A stretch of 56,101 bases of DNA from a virus. This document shows, piece after piece, positions 1 through 8,310 of the stretch. The first letter of the stretch is position 1. Each line of letters starts with the position of its first letter. The position numbers were made by a program, and so were the translations under genes. The notes under the pieces are model-generated. The model saw only the letters and a program-made list of their open reading frames with translations. It did no database searches and was not told where the DNA came from. Location: IMG/VR virus record IMGVR_UViG_3300045988_126896. One strand, written 5' to 3'.

Positions 1-99
1 CTTTTTTTGTTTGGGAAGCACGAAGACGATTATTACTTTAAGAATCAGACAGCTACCCAGATTACAAAGAGCATGGCGAAAAAAATAGGGTTAAAGGTA
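1..99. repeat. Terminal overlap, identical to 56003-56101 (circular closure or terminal redundancy)
   Basis: Direct reading: the string ctttttttgtttgggaagcacgaagacg...ggttaaaggta occurs at both window ends. Confidence 0.95.
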
Positions 100-741
100 T
101 ATAAGCTGGAAAATACGAACGTTGTTATATCCTACGTTCTGTATAAGAAAGGCGCCCCGGATAAAATTATGGTAGACGTCTTAGCCAGAACGTGGAACGG
201 TGGCGGCGACAAATTCTGGTTTAGGTACGACCCGGTACATGATGGGATTTTGTTAAAGCGCCGTACCGTACCAGAAATGATATGGGCGTTTAAAACAGGC
301 GGTAACCTTATATCTGCCAGTAGAGAACGTAGCATAGAAGAAATGTATAACACGGTAAAGCTGATTAACCGGGAAACTGGAAAAACAGCCACGAAGGTTA
401 ATGCAAAAAATAAAGCCTTGTATGGTAATACCCAGTATTATGAAGAAATCAGCGACAAGGATAAAAACTTATCTAAGCTGGCAAAACAAAAGCTTAAGTC
501 TTTATCTAAGATTACTTCTACTATGAATATGTCGGGCTTAAATTCAGACGGCACTATGGGTCAGTTCTTTGTGGGCGACCCTATCTACGTAGAAGAAAAA
601 AATACCGGTATAGTCGGTGGTTACTGGGTAAGAAATGTATCGCATACATTTTTAGCCGACGACGCTATACAACTGGATTTTGACCTTACAGCTACGGAAG
701 ATATACCGGAAATACAGTACGACAACAGTAAAAAGAAGTAA
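1..741 (+). CDS. Baseplate/tail protein, XkdQ-like position (3' part of the ORF starting at 55751, continued across the circular junction)
   Basis: The frame is open from base 1. Its codon phase matches the 55751 ORF through the end overlap. PBSX-type gene order. Confidence 0.7.
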   Translation, partial: LFLFGKHEDDYYFKNQTATQITKSMAKKIGLKVYKLENTNVVISYVLYKKGAPDKIMVDVLARTWNGGGDKFWFRYDPVHDGILLKRRTVPEMIWAFKTGGNLISASRERSIEEMYNTVKLINRETGKTATKVNAKNKALYGNTQYYEEISDKDKNLSKLAKQKLKSLSKITSTMNMSGLNSDGTMGQFFVGDPIYVEEKNTGIVGGYWVRNVSHTFLADDAIQLDFDLTATEDIPEIQYDNSKKK

Positions 742-809
742 GCGGTTATTCGCATAAAGATTTTATAAAAGTAACGTCTGAGAAGGTGCCTAAAGAAAGA
801 AGGGGTAGT

Positions 810-1292
810 ATGTTAGGGTCTGTAGACGCGTTAAGTACATTAAGGGGCAACGGTCAGAAAGATAGCGTACTGGAAGGGTTACACCTTTTACAAGCGACTT
901 CCACAGAGCCGAACCCGGTAAAATTTAAACTGATAGGAACAGAACTTAACATAGACGCCGGTATGTTTGATATACCGGTTTCTGTTTATCCAATCTGTAA
1001 AGGCGATCAGTTCTTAGCGTACCCGCTGGTAGGGTCAGAACACCAGCGCTGGGGTATTGTAGCGAAAATCACAGGCAGCGGACGAACTGGTATTATGACT
1101 GGTTCTAACAGCTGTAAGGTGGACGGTGTAGCCGTGACCTATGGCGGCGGTAAGATTATGGCGCCTAAGAGCGCTAAAAGTGGTGATCGCGTAGCGGTCA
1201 TTCCTTACGGTACGCCGGATAACGTAAAATACGCCCTGGTACCTATTGATTACAGAGTATATACGGAGTGTGGTTATTATGGCGGACATTGA
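810..1292 (+). CDS. Small baseplate protein, XkdR-like position
   Basis: ATG at 810 follows RBS agaagggg. Lies between the XkdQ-like and XkdS-like genes. Confidence 0.5.
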   Translation: MLGSVDALSTLRGNGQKDSVLEGLHLLQATSTEPNPVKFKLIGTELNIDAGMFDIPVSVYPICKGDQFLAYPLVGSEHQRWGIVAKITGSGRTGIMTGSNSCKVDGVAVTYGGGKIMAPKSAKSGDRVAVIPYGTPDNVKYALVPIDYRVYTECGYYGGH

Positions 1293-1707
1293 CTTAAGGG
1301 TACCGGTATTTGACTTTGATACCGGGGAATTTGTAACGGGTCTTGACGGTACCGTAAAAACCGTAACCGGGTCAGAAGCCGTAGGTATGATCGCCGTAAA
1401 AGCAGAAGAAACCGAACGCGGCGTATTTCCTGTATACGGTGACTTTGAAAATGAAGAAGAAAACCACGTATACGGAAGCGACGTAAAAGCTTACGGTATT
1501 TGTGGCGATTATCCGAAAGACGTAAGGCTTTCGGAAGTAAAGAGAGCCGCAGAAGAAGCTATAGCCTACGACCCGTGGATAACAAGTGTAGACAGTGTTT
1601 CCGTAGAAGAAGGGGAAGATAAAAACGGAACCCCTTGTTTTATTGTAGACATTGAATTTACGGACATTTTCAGAAATTCAATTTTAGTAGAGGGGGTGGA
1701 AGTATGA
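1279..1707 (+). CDS. Baseplate protein, XkdS-like (gp25/W-like class)
   Basis: ATG at 1279 overlaps the upstream stop. The motif EETERGVFPVYGD...EEAIAYDPWI resembles the XkdS/DUF2634 pattern. Synteny supports it. Confidence 0.55.
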   Translation: MADIDLRVPVFDFDTGEFVTGLDGTVKTVTGSEAVGMIAVKAEETERGVFPVYGDFENEEENHVYGSDVKAYGICGDYPKDVRLSEVKRAAEEAIAYDPWITSVDSVSVEEGEDKNGTPCFIVDIEFTDIFRNSILVEGVEV

Positions 1708-2879
1708 CAGAAAGACCAGAATTTGTACCAGTGTTTTTACAGTCCGCGACAGATATTAAAGAGTTTCTTTTATCCCAGATACCGGATACCTGGCGTAAGG
1801 AAGTCGGTGACTTTCCCTATGATATGATTATGCCGGACGTCGCCCAGGTAATGCAGCTGGAAATAGCACAGGACAGAACTTTACAGAACGCTTTCCCGCA
1901 GTTTTGCGAAGACGAACGCATGGACGAACACATGGAAATAAGGGGACTTACCAGAATCGAAGCCACAGCAAATAAAAGGGTGCTGTCTATTGTAGCAGAC
2001 CCCGGCGTAAGAATCCCACAGGGTTACACCTTTACTTCCGTCGTTACAGACGAAGAAGGGAACCCGATAGAGTTTACCGCAGATCGTGAAACAATCTTTC
2101 TAAGTGATAAAGCTGTAGACGTTCGTATCACTTGTACACTGACTGGAAGCGAAGGTAACCTTGCTACTGGAAGTGAGTTTATCTTACAACCGCCTATAGC
2201 TGGCGTAACTTCGATCACTGATACAGGTACCGTGGTTATGGCTGCTGAACGGGAAAGCCTAGACGCTGCCTGGACAAGAATATTAGATAAGGCCGAAAAC
2301 CCGGATACAGGCGGAAACGTTCACGACTACGAACGCTGGGTAGTTGATGGTTTCTATAAAGACTATGGTGTTAAGATCGGAAAAGTTCTTGTAGATATGT
2401 GCTGGAACAAAGACAACGGACACGACGGACGCGGTACGGTTCGCGTAGTCGTCGTAGACGATACTTACGGACCGCTGGATACGTCTATAGTAAATGACAT
2501 TAAGGAATACCTGGACCCTAAAGCATATGAGGGGTACGGATACGGTAAGGCGCCTGGTGGTGCTGTAGTAACCGTGATAACGGGAACGCCTTACGACATT
2601 AACATTTCCGCCCATGTGGAATATGAAAAGAACGTAGACCGGGCGGAAGTCCTACAGCAGTTTACGGAACTTGTCACGGAATACGTGAAGTCGCGGGTAT
2701 TTAACCGAAACGACGACACGAAAGAGTTAAGCCCTATCGCTTATAAAAAGATAGCTGCTATCTTAGGTACACTGTCTGGCGTCGCAAACTACGACGACCT
2801 TACAGTAAATGGCGGAACCGCGGATATAACGATAGAGCCATACGAAATACCTACCGTAAAGAAGGTAAGTCTTACGTGA
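1704..2879 (+). CDS. Baseplate J-like protein (XkdT-like)
   Basis: 391 aa with start and stop overlapping the neighbouring genes. The N-terminal pattern and position are typical of the baseplate J/gp47 family. Confidence 0.8.
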   Translation: MTERPEFVPVFLQSATDIKEFLLSQIPDTWRKEVGDFPYDMIMPDVAQVMQLEIAQDRTLQNAFPQFCEDERMDEHMEIRGLTRIEATANKRVLSIVADPGVRIPQGYTFTSVVTDEEGNPIEFTADRETIFLSDKAVDVRITCTLTGSEGNLATGSEFILQPPIAGVTSITDTGTVVMAAERESLDAAWTRILDKAENPDTGGNVHDYERWVVDGFYKDYGVKIGKVLVDMCWNKDNGHDGRGTVRVVVVDDTYGPLDTSIVNDIKEYLDPKAYEGYGYGKAPGGAVVTVITGTPYDINISAHVEYEKNVDRAEVLQQFTELVTEYVKSRVFNRNDDTKELSPIAYKKIAAILGTLSGVANYDDLTVNGGTADITIEPYEIPTVKKVSLT

Positions 2880-3805
2880 TACCTAAAAAACAGGACATTG
2901 TAATAAGCGATCGTACCGAAGGTATGGTAGAATCTTCCGCCAGTTACTACCAGGAAAGCCAGCTATTTTTTTATATCATAAATGCAAAAGCCAGGGGGTA
3001 CGACCTGGTAAATGAAAAACAAGACGACTTAGCCCTACAGCTATCGCCACTTACGGCGACCTGGGGGCTTATTTTCTGGGAACAGTCCGTAGGCTTGACT
3101 ATGCTCCCAAACAGCGACTACGCTACGCGCCGACCTAAAGTATTAGCACGTTTGCAGAATTACGAAAACTTTGGCGCCCCTATGATACACAGAATCGCGG
3201 AAGCATACGGCGAAAAGATAAGGGTCTACATAGACCCGGCGGAATGTCTGGTTACTATCGTGTTCCAGCGCGGCGTACCTACATTCCTGGAAGAATTTAA
3301 AAAAGCTGTAGATAACATTATACACGCCCACCTGGGAACAGAGTACAAATTTGAGTACATCATAACAGGCGGCCTGGAAATGCTTACACAGTACCATGTT
3401 TACGGGTACAACGTGCCGGAAGCTGGCGCGTCTGCTATATGCGGTACCCTTCCTTTTACTGCCACAGAAGGGCGCTTATATAGTGCCAGCCTTGGTATTT
3501 CTGGAAAGGTAGATACCGTTCTTCGTGACTATGACCAAACCGGGACGATTGCCAGCGGCCCGCTACCTTTCGTGTCTACGGAAGGGCGCGTATATCGTAC
3601 CGTGATAGCGGAAGCAGTAGACGGCACTTATACCATAGAAACTTATAAACAATCCAGCGAAGTTACAGAAACCGGTACCATACCGTCGGTAACTACGGAA
3701 GGGCGTATTTACAGTGCTGTAATGTCTGTGAAAGAAAGCGACGCCGTAACAAGTACCAGATATGTACAAGCTGGGGAAATGGAAACGGGGGATAAACGCC
3801 TATGA
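2876..3805 (+). CDS. Tail protein, XkdU/YmfQ-like (DUF2313-type) with three C-terminal approx 38-aa repeats
   Basis: Directly follows the baseplate J gene. Has the LSPLTATWGLIFWEQSVGL motif and the repeats G(T/P)(L/I)P..(T/S)TEGR(L/V/I)Y. Confidence 0.65.
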   Translation: MIPKKQDIVISDRTEGMVESSASYYQESQLFFYIINAKARGYDLVNEKQDDLALQLSPLTATWGLIFWEQSVGLTMLPNSDYATRRPKVLARLQNYENFGAPMIHRIAEAYGEKIRVYIDPAECLVTIVFQRGVPTFLEEFKKAVDNIIHAHLGTEYKFEYIITGGLEMLTQYHVYGYNVPEAGASAICGTLPFTATEGRLYSASLGISGKVDTVLRDYDQTGTIASGPLPFVSTEGRVYRTVIAEAVDGTYTIETYKQSSEVTETGTIPSVTTEGRIYSAVMSVKESDAVTSTRYVQAGEMETGDKRL

Positions 3806-4101
3806 TTGAACAGAAAGGACTTGCTGTATTTAATAGAGCAGTCGCAGAAACGATTACAAGGGCAGTATGTACGATCAGTGGCAAGGATTACACACTTCCG
3901 ATCAAAAGCGTAACAGTGGAAGGCGCTACGTTTAAAGTAAACATTTATTTAGATGATACTTTATCTGGTACCGTAACAAACACGAAGCTGTACGACAAAG
4001 ACGGAAACTTACTTATCCAGCGCCAGGACGTCGTACCAAAACCAGAAGAAAAAAATCTTCTGGTAGTATTCCAACTTGAATTAAGAGAGGTGGCCTTATG
4101 A
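3802..4101 (+). CDS. Hypothetical tail-fibre-module protein
   Basis: ATGA overlap with the upstream gene. Translationally coupled chain. Confidence 0.5.
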   Translation: MIEQKGLAVFNRAVAETITRAVCTISGKDYTLPIKSVTVEGATFKVNIYLDDTLSGTVTNTKLYDKDGNLLIQRQDVVPKPEEKNLLVVFQLELREVAL

Positions 4102-4673
4102 GTGAAGAAGTAAAAAGAGAGGTACAGACCTGGGACCCGGTAGAGTGGTTAGATCGTATTATTAACGGTGAACAGACTTATACGTTACAAGAAGTACTGG
4201 GAAACAGCGGACACTACAAACTGGTTCCAGACAACGTAGAAGTTATCCAGAAGGGTACACCACTTTCACAGTCCAGGCTTAACCGTATGACTGACGGTAT
4301 CAGCTTTTCACATAACGTTATCGGTGCTATTGCTACCGAAGCGCTTAGACAGGCCGGACTTGCACACAAAAACAGACAAGTAGATTTTGAAAAACGTTTC
4401 TTACAGGGTGAAGCCACTATTACCGGAACGCCTGGGGGATATTTTTCTACTACTTATCCGTTCGTCCTGGTACCTATTCCGGCCGGTACAGAACATATAC
4501 AAACAAATACGCCACACTATGACGTTACTTTGTGTGTGACAGCTGCCGACGACATTGGAAAGGTAAACCTTGAAGTTTACGATAAAGCAAGTAACGGCTT
4601 TAAAGTAAGAAACTTAGGTAGTGCGAAGTCTGTAAGCTTTACCTGGACGATCATTAACACAAATATTCAGTAA
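4098..4673 (+). CDS. Hypothetical tail-fibre-module protein
   Basis: Overlapping start, 191 aa, located in the fibre module. Confidence 0.55.
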   Translation: MSEEVKREVQTWDPVEWLDRIINGEQTYTLQEVLGNSGHYKLVPDNVEVIQKGTPLSQSRLNRMTDGISFSHNVIGAIATEALRQAGLAHKNRQVDFEKRFLQGEATITGTPGGYFSTTYPFVLVPIPAGTEHIQTNTPHYDVTLCVTAADDIGKVNLEVYDKASNGFKVRNLGSAKSVSFTWTIINTNIQ

Positions 4674-4686
4674 GGGGGTAATAACA

Positions 4687-5061
4687 ATGAGAATACAGCA
4701 CGTAAACAGTGGTACTAAGGCGAAGTGGAGAACAAAAGGAACCATTTTACAGCTTACCGTACCGGGCGTAGAGCCTATCGAAATCGACCTTAACGAAGAA
4801 TTACAGGACGTAGCTGTAACCGTAGACGTAAGCCTTAATTCCGGTTTTACAGCACTGGAAAAGGGCGTAGGTAACTGGTATGTAGCGTCCGTAAAAATCC
4901 CGGCAAGGGAATACGATTATCAGCCGACAGGCGAAACAGACGACGAAGGCTACGACATTCTGGAAGAAGTAGCTTTAGACGTAAACATGAGGGACGTTAC
5001 TTTATGCCTGTGGGGTATCCCAGATATGACCCAGGCACAGAAAGAAAGCGAGGTAAAATAA
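4687..5061 (+). CDS. Hypothetical tail-fibre-module protein
   Basis: RBS aaggggg lies upstream. The stop abuts the start of the DGR target gene. Confidence 0.5.
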   Translation: MRIQHVNSGTKAKWRTKGTILQLTVPGVEPIEIDLNEELQDVAVTVDVSLNSGFTALEKGVGNWYVASVKIPAREYDYQPTGETDDEGYDILEEVALDVNMRDVTLCLWGIPDMTQAQKESEVK

Positions 5062-6126
5062 ATGGCTTTTACATTTTCAATTAAGGACACATACAGACAG
5101 GCTGTAGAAGCTGCCAGCGGTGGAAAGCAGACAGTATTATACGACGACAAAGGGTACCCGTCTATTATGAATATTATCCCGAAGCTGTCCTATAAGGACG
5201 TCGGTTTATCTGACAGCACAAAAGCACTTCCGGCGTTCATGGTAGACGACGCCGAAAAGCCGGAAATCTTCGTAGGTACCTTTATGGCTATGGTACATGA
5301 CGGAAGGGCGTGTAGCCTTCCTGGACAGGTGCCGAAAGTTTATACCAACATGGACCAGGCTATCGCTTATTGTCGTGCAAAAGGTCCGGGCTGGCATTGT
5401 ATGACAAACGCGGAATATGCCGCTATTGCCCTTTGGTGCAAGGCAAATGGTTACTACCCACGCGGAAATAATAACTACGGCAGCGATCACGGTTACCCGC
5501 ATGAAAAATGCAGACCTGGAACTGTAGGAAGCGACGGACGTATTAACCTGGGGCTTACTGGTAGTGGTCCGAACAGCTGGACACATGACGGAACCCCGAA
5601 CGGTATCTACGGTCTGAACGGCGATGGCTGGGAATGGGCTATCGGACTTCGTACAAATAATGGAGAAATCCATATTTTGACCGGAAACAATGCAGCAAAG
5701 AACACAGCAGACCTTACAGCTGGAAGCGCGGAGTGGAAAGCTATTTTACCAGACGGTACCCTGGTGGCACCTGGTACAGCTGGTACGCTTAAGATCGACA
5801 TTGTAAGCGGTGTTCCGAAGATCAGCACTACAGTAAAAACGACGACAAGTAGCGACCAGTGGCCGTCTACGCCGTTCAAAGATTTAGATGTAGAATCCGG
5901 TATCACAATACCGGATATTTTGAAGGCGTTAGCCGTCTTCCCTTCGGATAACAGCGATCATGGCGGGGATAGATTTTACGCAAAGAATGACGGGGAAAAA
6001 TGCTTCTTCCGCGGTGGGCTTTGGAGCAGCGCGTCATACGCTGGCGTTTTCTATCTGTATGGCAACTACCCGCGTTCTCGTTCCAATGACGGCATTGGCT
6101 TTCGCCCCGCTTACATTCTTTTGTAA
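5062..6126 (+). CDS. DGR variable (target) protein, FGE-sulfatase/C-type-lectin-fold type; probable receptor-binding tail-fibre protein
   Basis: The VR occupies its last approx 40 codons. Central motifs (GPGWHCMTNAEYAAIALWC, NGDGWEWA) resemble the SUMF1/FGE-like fold. Located at the end of the tail-fibre module. Confidence 0.9.
   Translation: MAFTFSIKDTYRQAVEAASGGKQTVLYDDKGYPSIMNIIPKLSYKDVGLSDSTKALPAFMVDDAEKPEIFVGTFMAMVHDGRACSLPGQVPKVYTNMDQAIAYCRAKGPGWHCMTNAEYAAIALWCKANGYYPRGNNNYGSDHGYPHEKCRPGTVGSDGRINLGLTGSGPNSWTHDGTPNGIYGLNGDGWEWAIGLRTNNGEIHILTGNNAAKNTADLTAGSAEWKAILPDGTLVAPGTAGTLKIDIVSGVPKISTTVKTTTSSDQWPSTPFKDLDVESGITIPDILKALAVFPSDNSDHGGDRFYAKNDGEKCFFRGGLWSSASYAGVFYLYGNYPRSRSNDGIGFRPAYILL
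6002..6114 (+). repeat. DGR variable region (VR)
   Basis: 113 nt align without gaps to 6558-6670 (offset 556). 99 of 113 positions are identical, and 13 of the 14 mismatches sit at TR adenines. Confidence 0.95.
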
Positions 6127-6178
6127 ATCTGTAGTGGCCGCGACAGCGGACACCGCCAACTAAAGGAGTGACAAAACT

Positions 6179-6529
6179 ATGGCGGATACCAGAGAACTTT
6201 ATATTAAAACGAAAGTAGAAGATATGATAGTTTACGGGAATATTTGCTTAAAACAGTTTCCGAAACATGAACGATACGCCCTTGCTTCGGAAATAAGGCT
6301 TTGTATGTACCGTATTCTGGGAATCGTCATAGAAACTAATCATAAGCACTACAAGAAAACCACGCTTACCGAACTGGACATAGAAGTAGACAAACTACGG
6401 TCTTATCTTCGTCTATCAGTGAACCCAGAACTTAAGTATTTATCTGTAGATAAGTACGGAAACTGGGCGGCCATGGTAGACGAAATCGGCCGTATGGTCG
6501 GCGGCTGGATACAGTCGGTAAGCAAATAA
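6179..6529 (+). CDS. avd: Accessory variability determinant (Avd-like four-helix-bundle protein)
   Basis: 116 aa, basic and predicted helical. Lies between the target gene and the TR. RBS aaaggag is upstream. Confidence 0.85.
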   Translation: MADTRELYIKTKVEDMIVYGNICLKQFPKHERYALASEIRLCMYRILGIVIETNHKHYKKTTLTELDIEVDKLRSYLRLSVNPELKYLSVDKYGNWAAMVDEIGRMVGGWIQSVSK

Positions 6530-6557
6530 ATACTTAGGGTACATGACATTAAATGTG

Positions 6558-6670
6558 GCTTCTTCCGCGGTGGGAATTGGAACAACACGTCTAACGCTGG
6601 CGTTTTCTATCTGAATGGCAACAACCCGCGTTCTAATTCCAATGACAACATTGGCTTTCGCCCCGCTTAA
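6558..6670 (+). repeat. DGR template region (TR), non-coding
   Basis: Invariant copy of the VR. In the VR-equivalent frame it carries ten AAY codons and ends in TAA. No ORF covers it. Confidence 0.95.
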
Positions 6671-6835
6671 CCTGGAAATCCTCTAGTCTACAGCTTAAGG
6701 GCTGTAACACGCGACCAGGTAAAGGGTTATGTATCCTTGCTGTAAAGCAGAAAATAAAGGTTAGGAACGGACGTACTCTAGTAGCTTCGGCGAACGGTGC
6801 GACACGCTGAAAAAGAAAAACGGAAGGTAGTTACA

Positions 6836-7930
6836 ATGGCAAAACGCGTAGGCAACATATATCTTCCGAACTGTAACTATACCTGTCTGTATAACGCCTA
6901 TCGGAAAGCCGCAAAGGGTAAGCGGTACCGTGGTGACGTTTTACAATTTACTGATAACCTTGAAGGAAATCTGTTAGCCCTGTTAGACGACTTAAAGAAC
7001 CACACCTATACTGTAGGCGCGTACCGGGAATTTTACGTTTATGAGCCAAAGAAAAGGCTTATTATGGCGCTTCCCTTTCGTGATCGCGTCGCCCAGTGGT
7101 GGGTGTATTCTTTGCTTTACCCTATCTTTGATAAAACTTTCATAGAAGACAGTTACGCTTGTCGGCGCGGTAAAGGTCAAAAGGCCGCCGCTGATCGTCT
7201 GCAAGATATGATAAAGCAGACGGAAGTTTTAGGCGGTAAGTGGTATTACCTTAAGCTGGACATAGCGAAATACTTCTACAGAATTTACCATGATAAGCTT
7301 ATGGAAATTCTGGAAAGAAAAATTAAAGACCCGGATATGCTGGAATTGTTAAACGTTATCGTAAAAGGTGACGGTACAAATGCTTTCGGTTTGTCTATAT
7401 GTGACAATGTAGAAGACGCCGAACGCCTTACTGATCGTGGTATGCCTATCGGTAATCTGACAAGCCAGCTTTTAGCAAATGTCTATTTGAATGAGTTAGA
7501 CCAGTTCTGTAAAAAGGTACTGGGAACAAAATTCTATATACGCTATATGGACGATGTAATAATACTTTCACAGAGTAAGGAAGAATTACACGAAATCAAA
7601 GAACGTATAAGTAAGTTCCTGGACGAAGAACTACAGCTTACTTTAAACAAAAAGACTTGCATACGTCCGGTATCTATGGGTATCCAGTTCGTAGGCTTAC
7701 ATATCTGGTCTACACACAGAACTGTAAGAAAGTCTACTTCTTTACGTATTAAACGCCGACTTAAGGCAGCTGCAAAACAGTACGTAGCAGGGAACCTTAC
7801 TTACGAAAGATATAACAGCACGTTACAGTCTTATATGGGTATGATGAAGCATAACGACTGTTACCGCTTTAAAATGCAGCTGTTAGAAGACGTAGAAACG
7901 ATAATAAATGAAAGTGGGGTAGCAGCATGA
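6836..7930 (+). CDS. DGR reverse transcriptase
   Basis: YMDD box (YIRYMDDVIIL). DGR-type motif IGNLTSQLLANVYL (LGxxxSQ class). ATG at 6836 follows RBS ggaagg. The TR lies 166 nt upstream. Confidence 0.95.
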   Translation: MAKRVGNIYLPNCNYTCLYNAYRKAAKGKRYRGDVLQFTDNLEGNLLALLDDLKNHTYTVGAYREFYVYEPKKRLIMALPFRDRVAQWWVYSLLYPIFDKTFIEDSYACRRGKGQKAAADRLQDMIKQTEVLGGKWYYLKLDIAKYFYRIYHDKLMEILERKIKDPDMLELLNVIVKGDGTNAFGLSICDNVEDAERLTDRGMPIGNLTSQLLANVYLNELDQFCKKVLGTKFYIRYMDDVIILSQSKEELHEIKERISKFLDEELQLTLNKKTCIRPVSMGIQFVGLHIWSTHRTVRKSTSLRIKRRLKAAAKQYVAGNLTYERYNSTLQSYMGMMKHNDCYRFKMQLLEDVETIINESGVAA

Positions 7931-8310
7931 CCGGAGATACAACAATGTCTTTTGCTTTACTTATTGCCCTTGTTACGATTGCCTGTACGGTATATAACAC
8001 ACTTACGGGTAAAAAATCGCAGAGCCAGAAAGACGTAGACCAACAGATTAAGGAAGCCACCCAGAAGGTGACAGCTGATACGAAGATCAGTCTTAAGCTG
8101 GACCAGATAGGGTACGACGTAAAATCAATTAAAGAAGACATTAACACGACCAAAAAAGAGGTCCGGGAACTTGATAAAAAAGTAGCCCTTTTGGACGCTT
8201 CGATACGTTCCGCGCATAAACGTATGGATAGCGCCGGTATCGGTAGGGCGGACCTTATAGAACATATTGAGCATGAGAAAATAGAAAGGAATGAACATCA
8301 TGGCGAATAA
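7927..8310 (+). CDS. Membrane-anchored coiled-coil protein in the lysis cassette (XhlA-like role possible)
   Basis: One N-terminal TM segment (FALLIALVTIACTVY) followed by a charged coiled coil. ATGA overlap with the RT stop. Directly precedes the holin. Confidence 0.55.
   Translation: MTGDTTMSFALLIALVTIACTVYNTLTGKKSQSQKDVDQQIKEATQKVTADTKISLKLDQIGYDVKSIKEDINTTKKEVRELDKKVALLDASIRSAHKRMDSAGIGRADLIEHIEHEKIERNEHHGE

Larger units (their letters stand above)
5062..7930 (+). mobile_element. Diversity-generating retroelement cassette (target gene with VR, Avd-like gene, TR, reverse transcriptase)
   Basis: All four canonical DGR parts are present in canonical order. See the individual features below. 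Confidence 0.93.

Noticed and set aside
5960-6163. 67-aa alternative-frame ORF over the VR.
   Set aside because: It overlaps the VR out of frame. The AAY-codon logic of the TR fits only the 5062-6126 frame.
6797-7930. The RT considered as a retron or group II intron RT.
   Set aside because: An adjacent TR/VR pair with adenine-restricted mismatches, an Avd-like gene and the LGxxxSQ-type motif all point to a DGR. No msr/msd-like inverted repeats were seen next to the RT, and it has no maturase or endonuclease extension.
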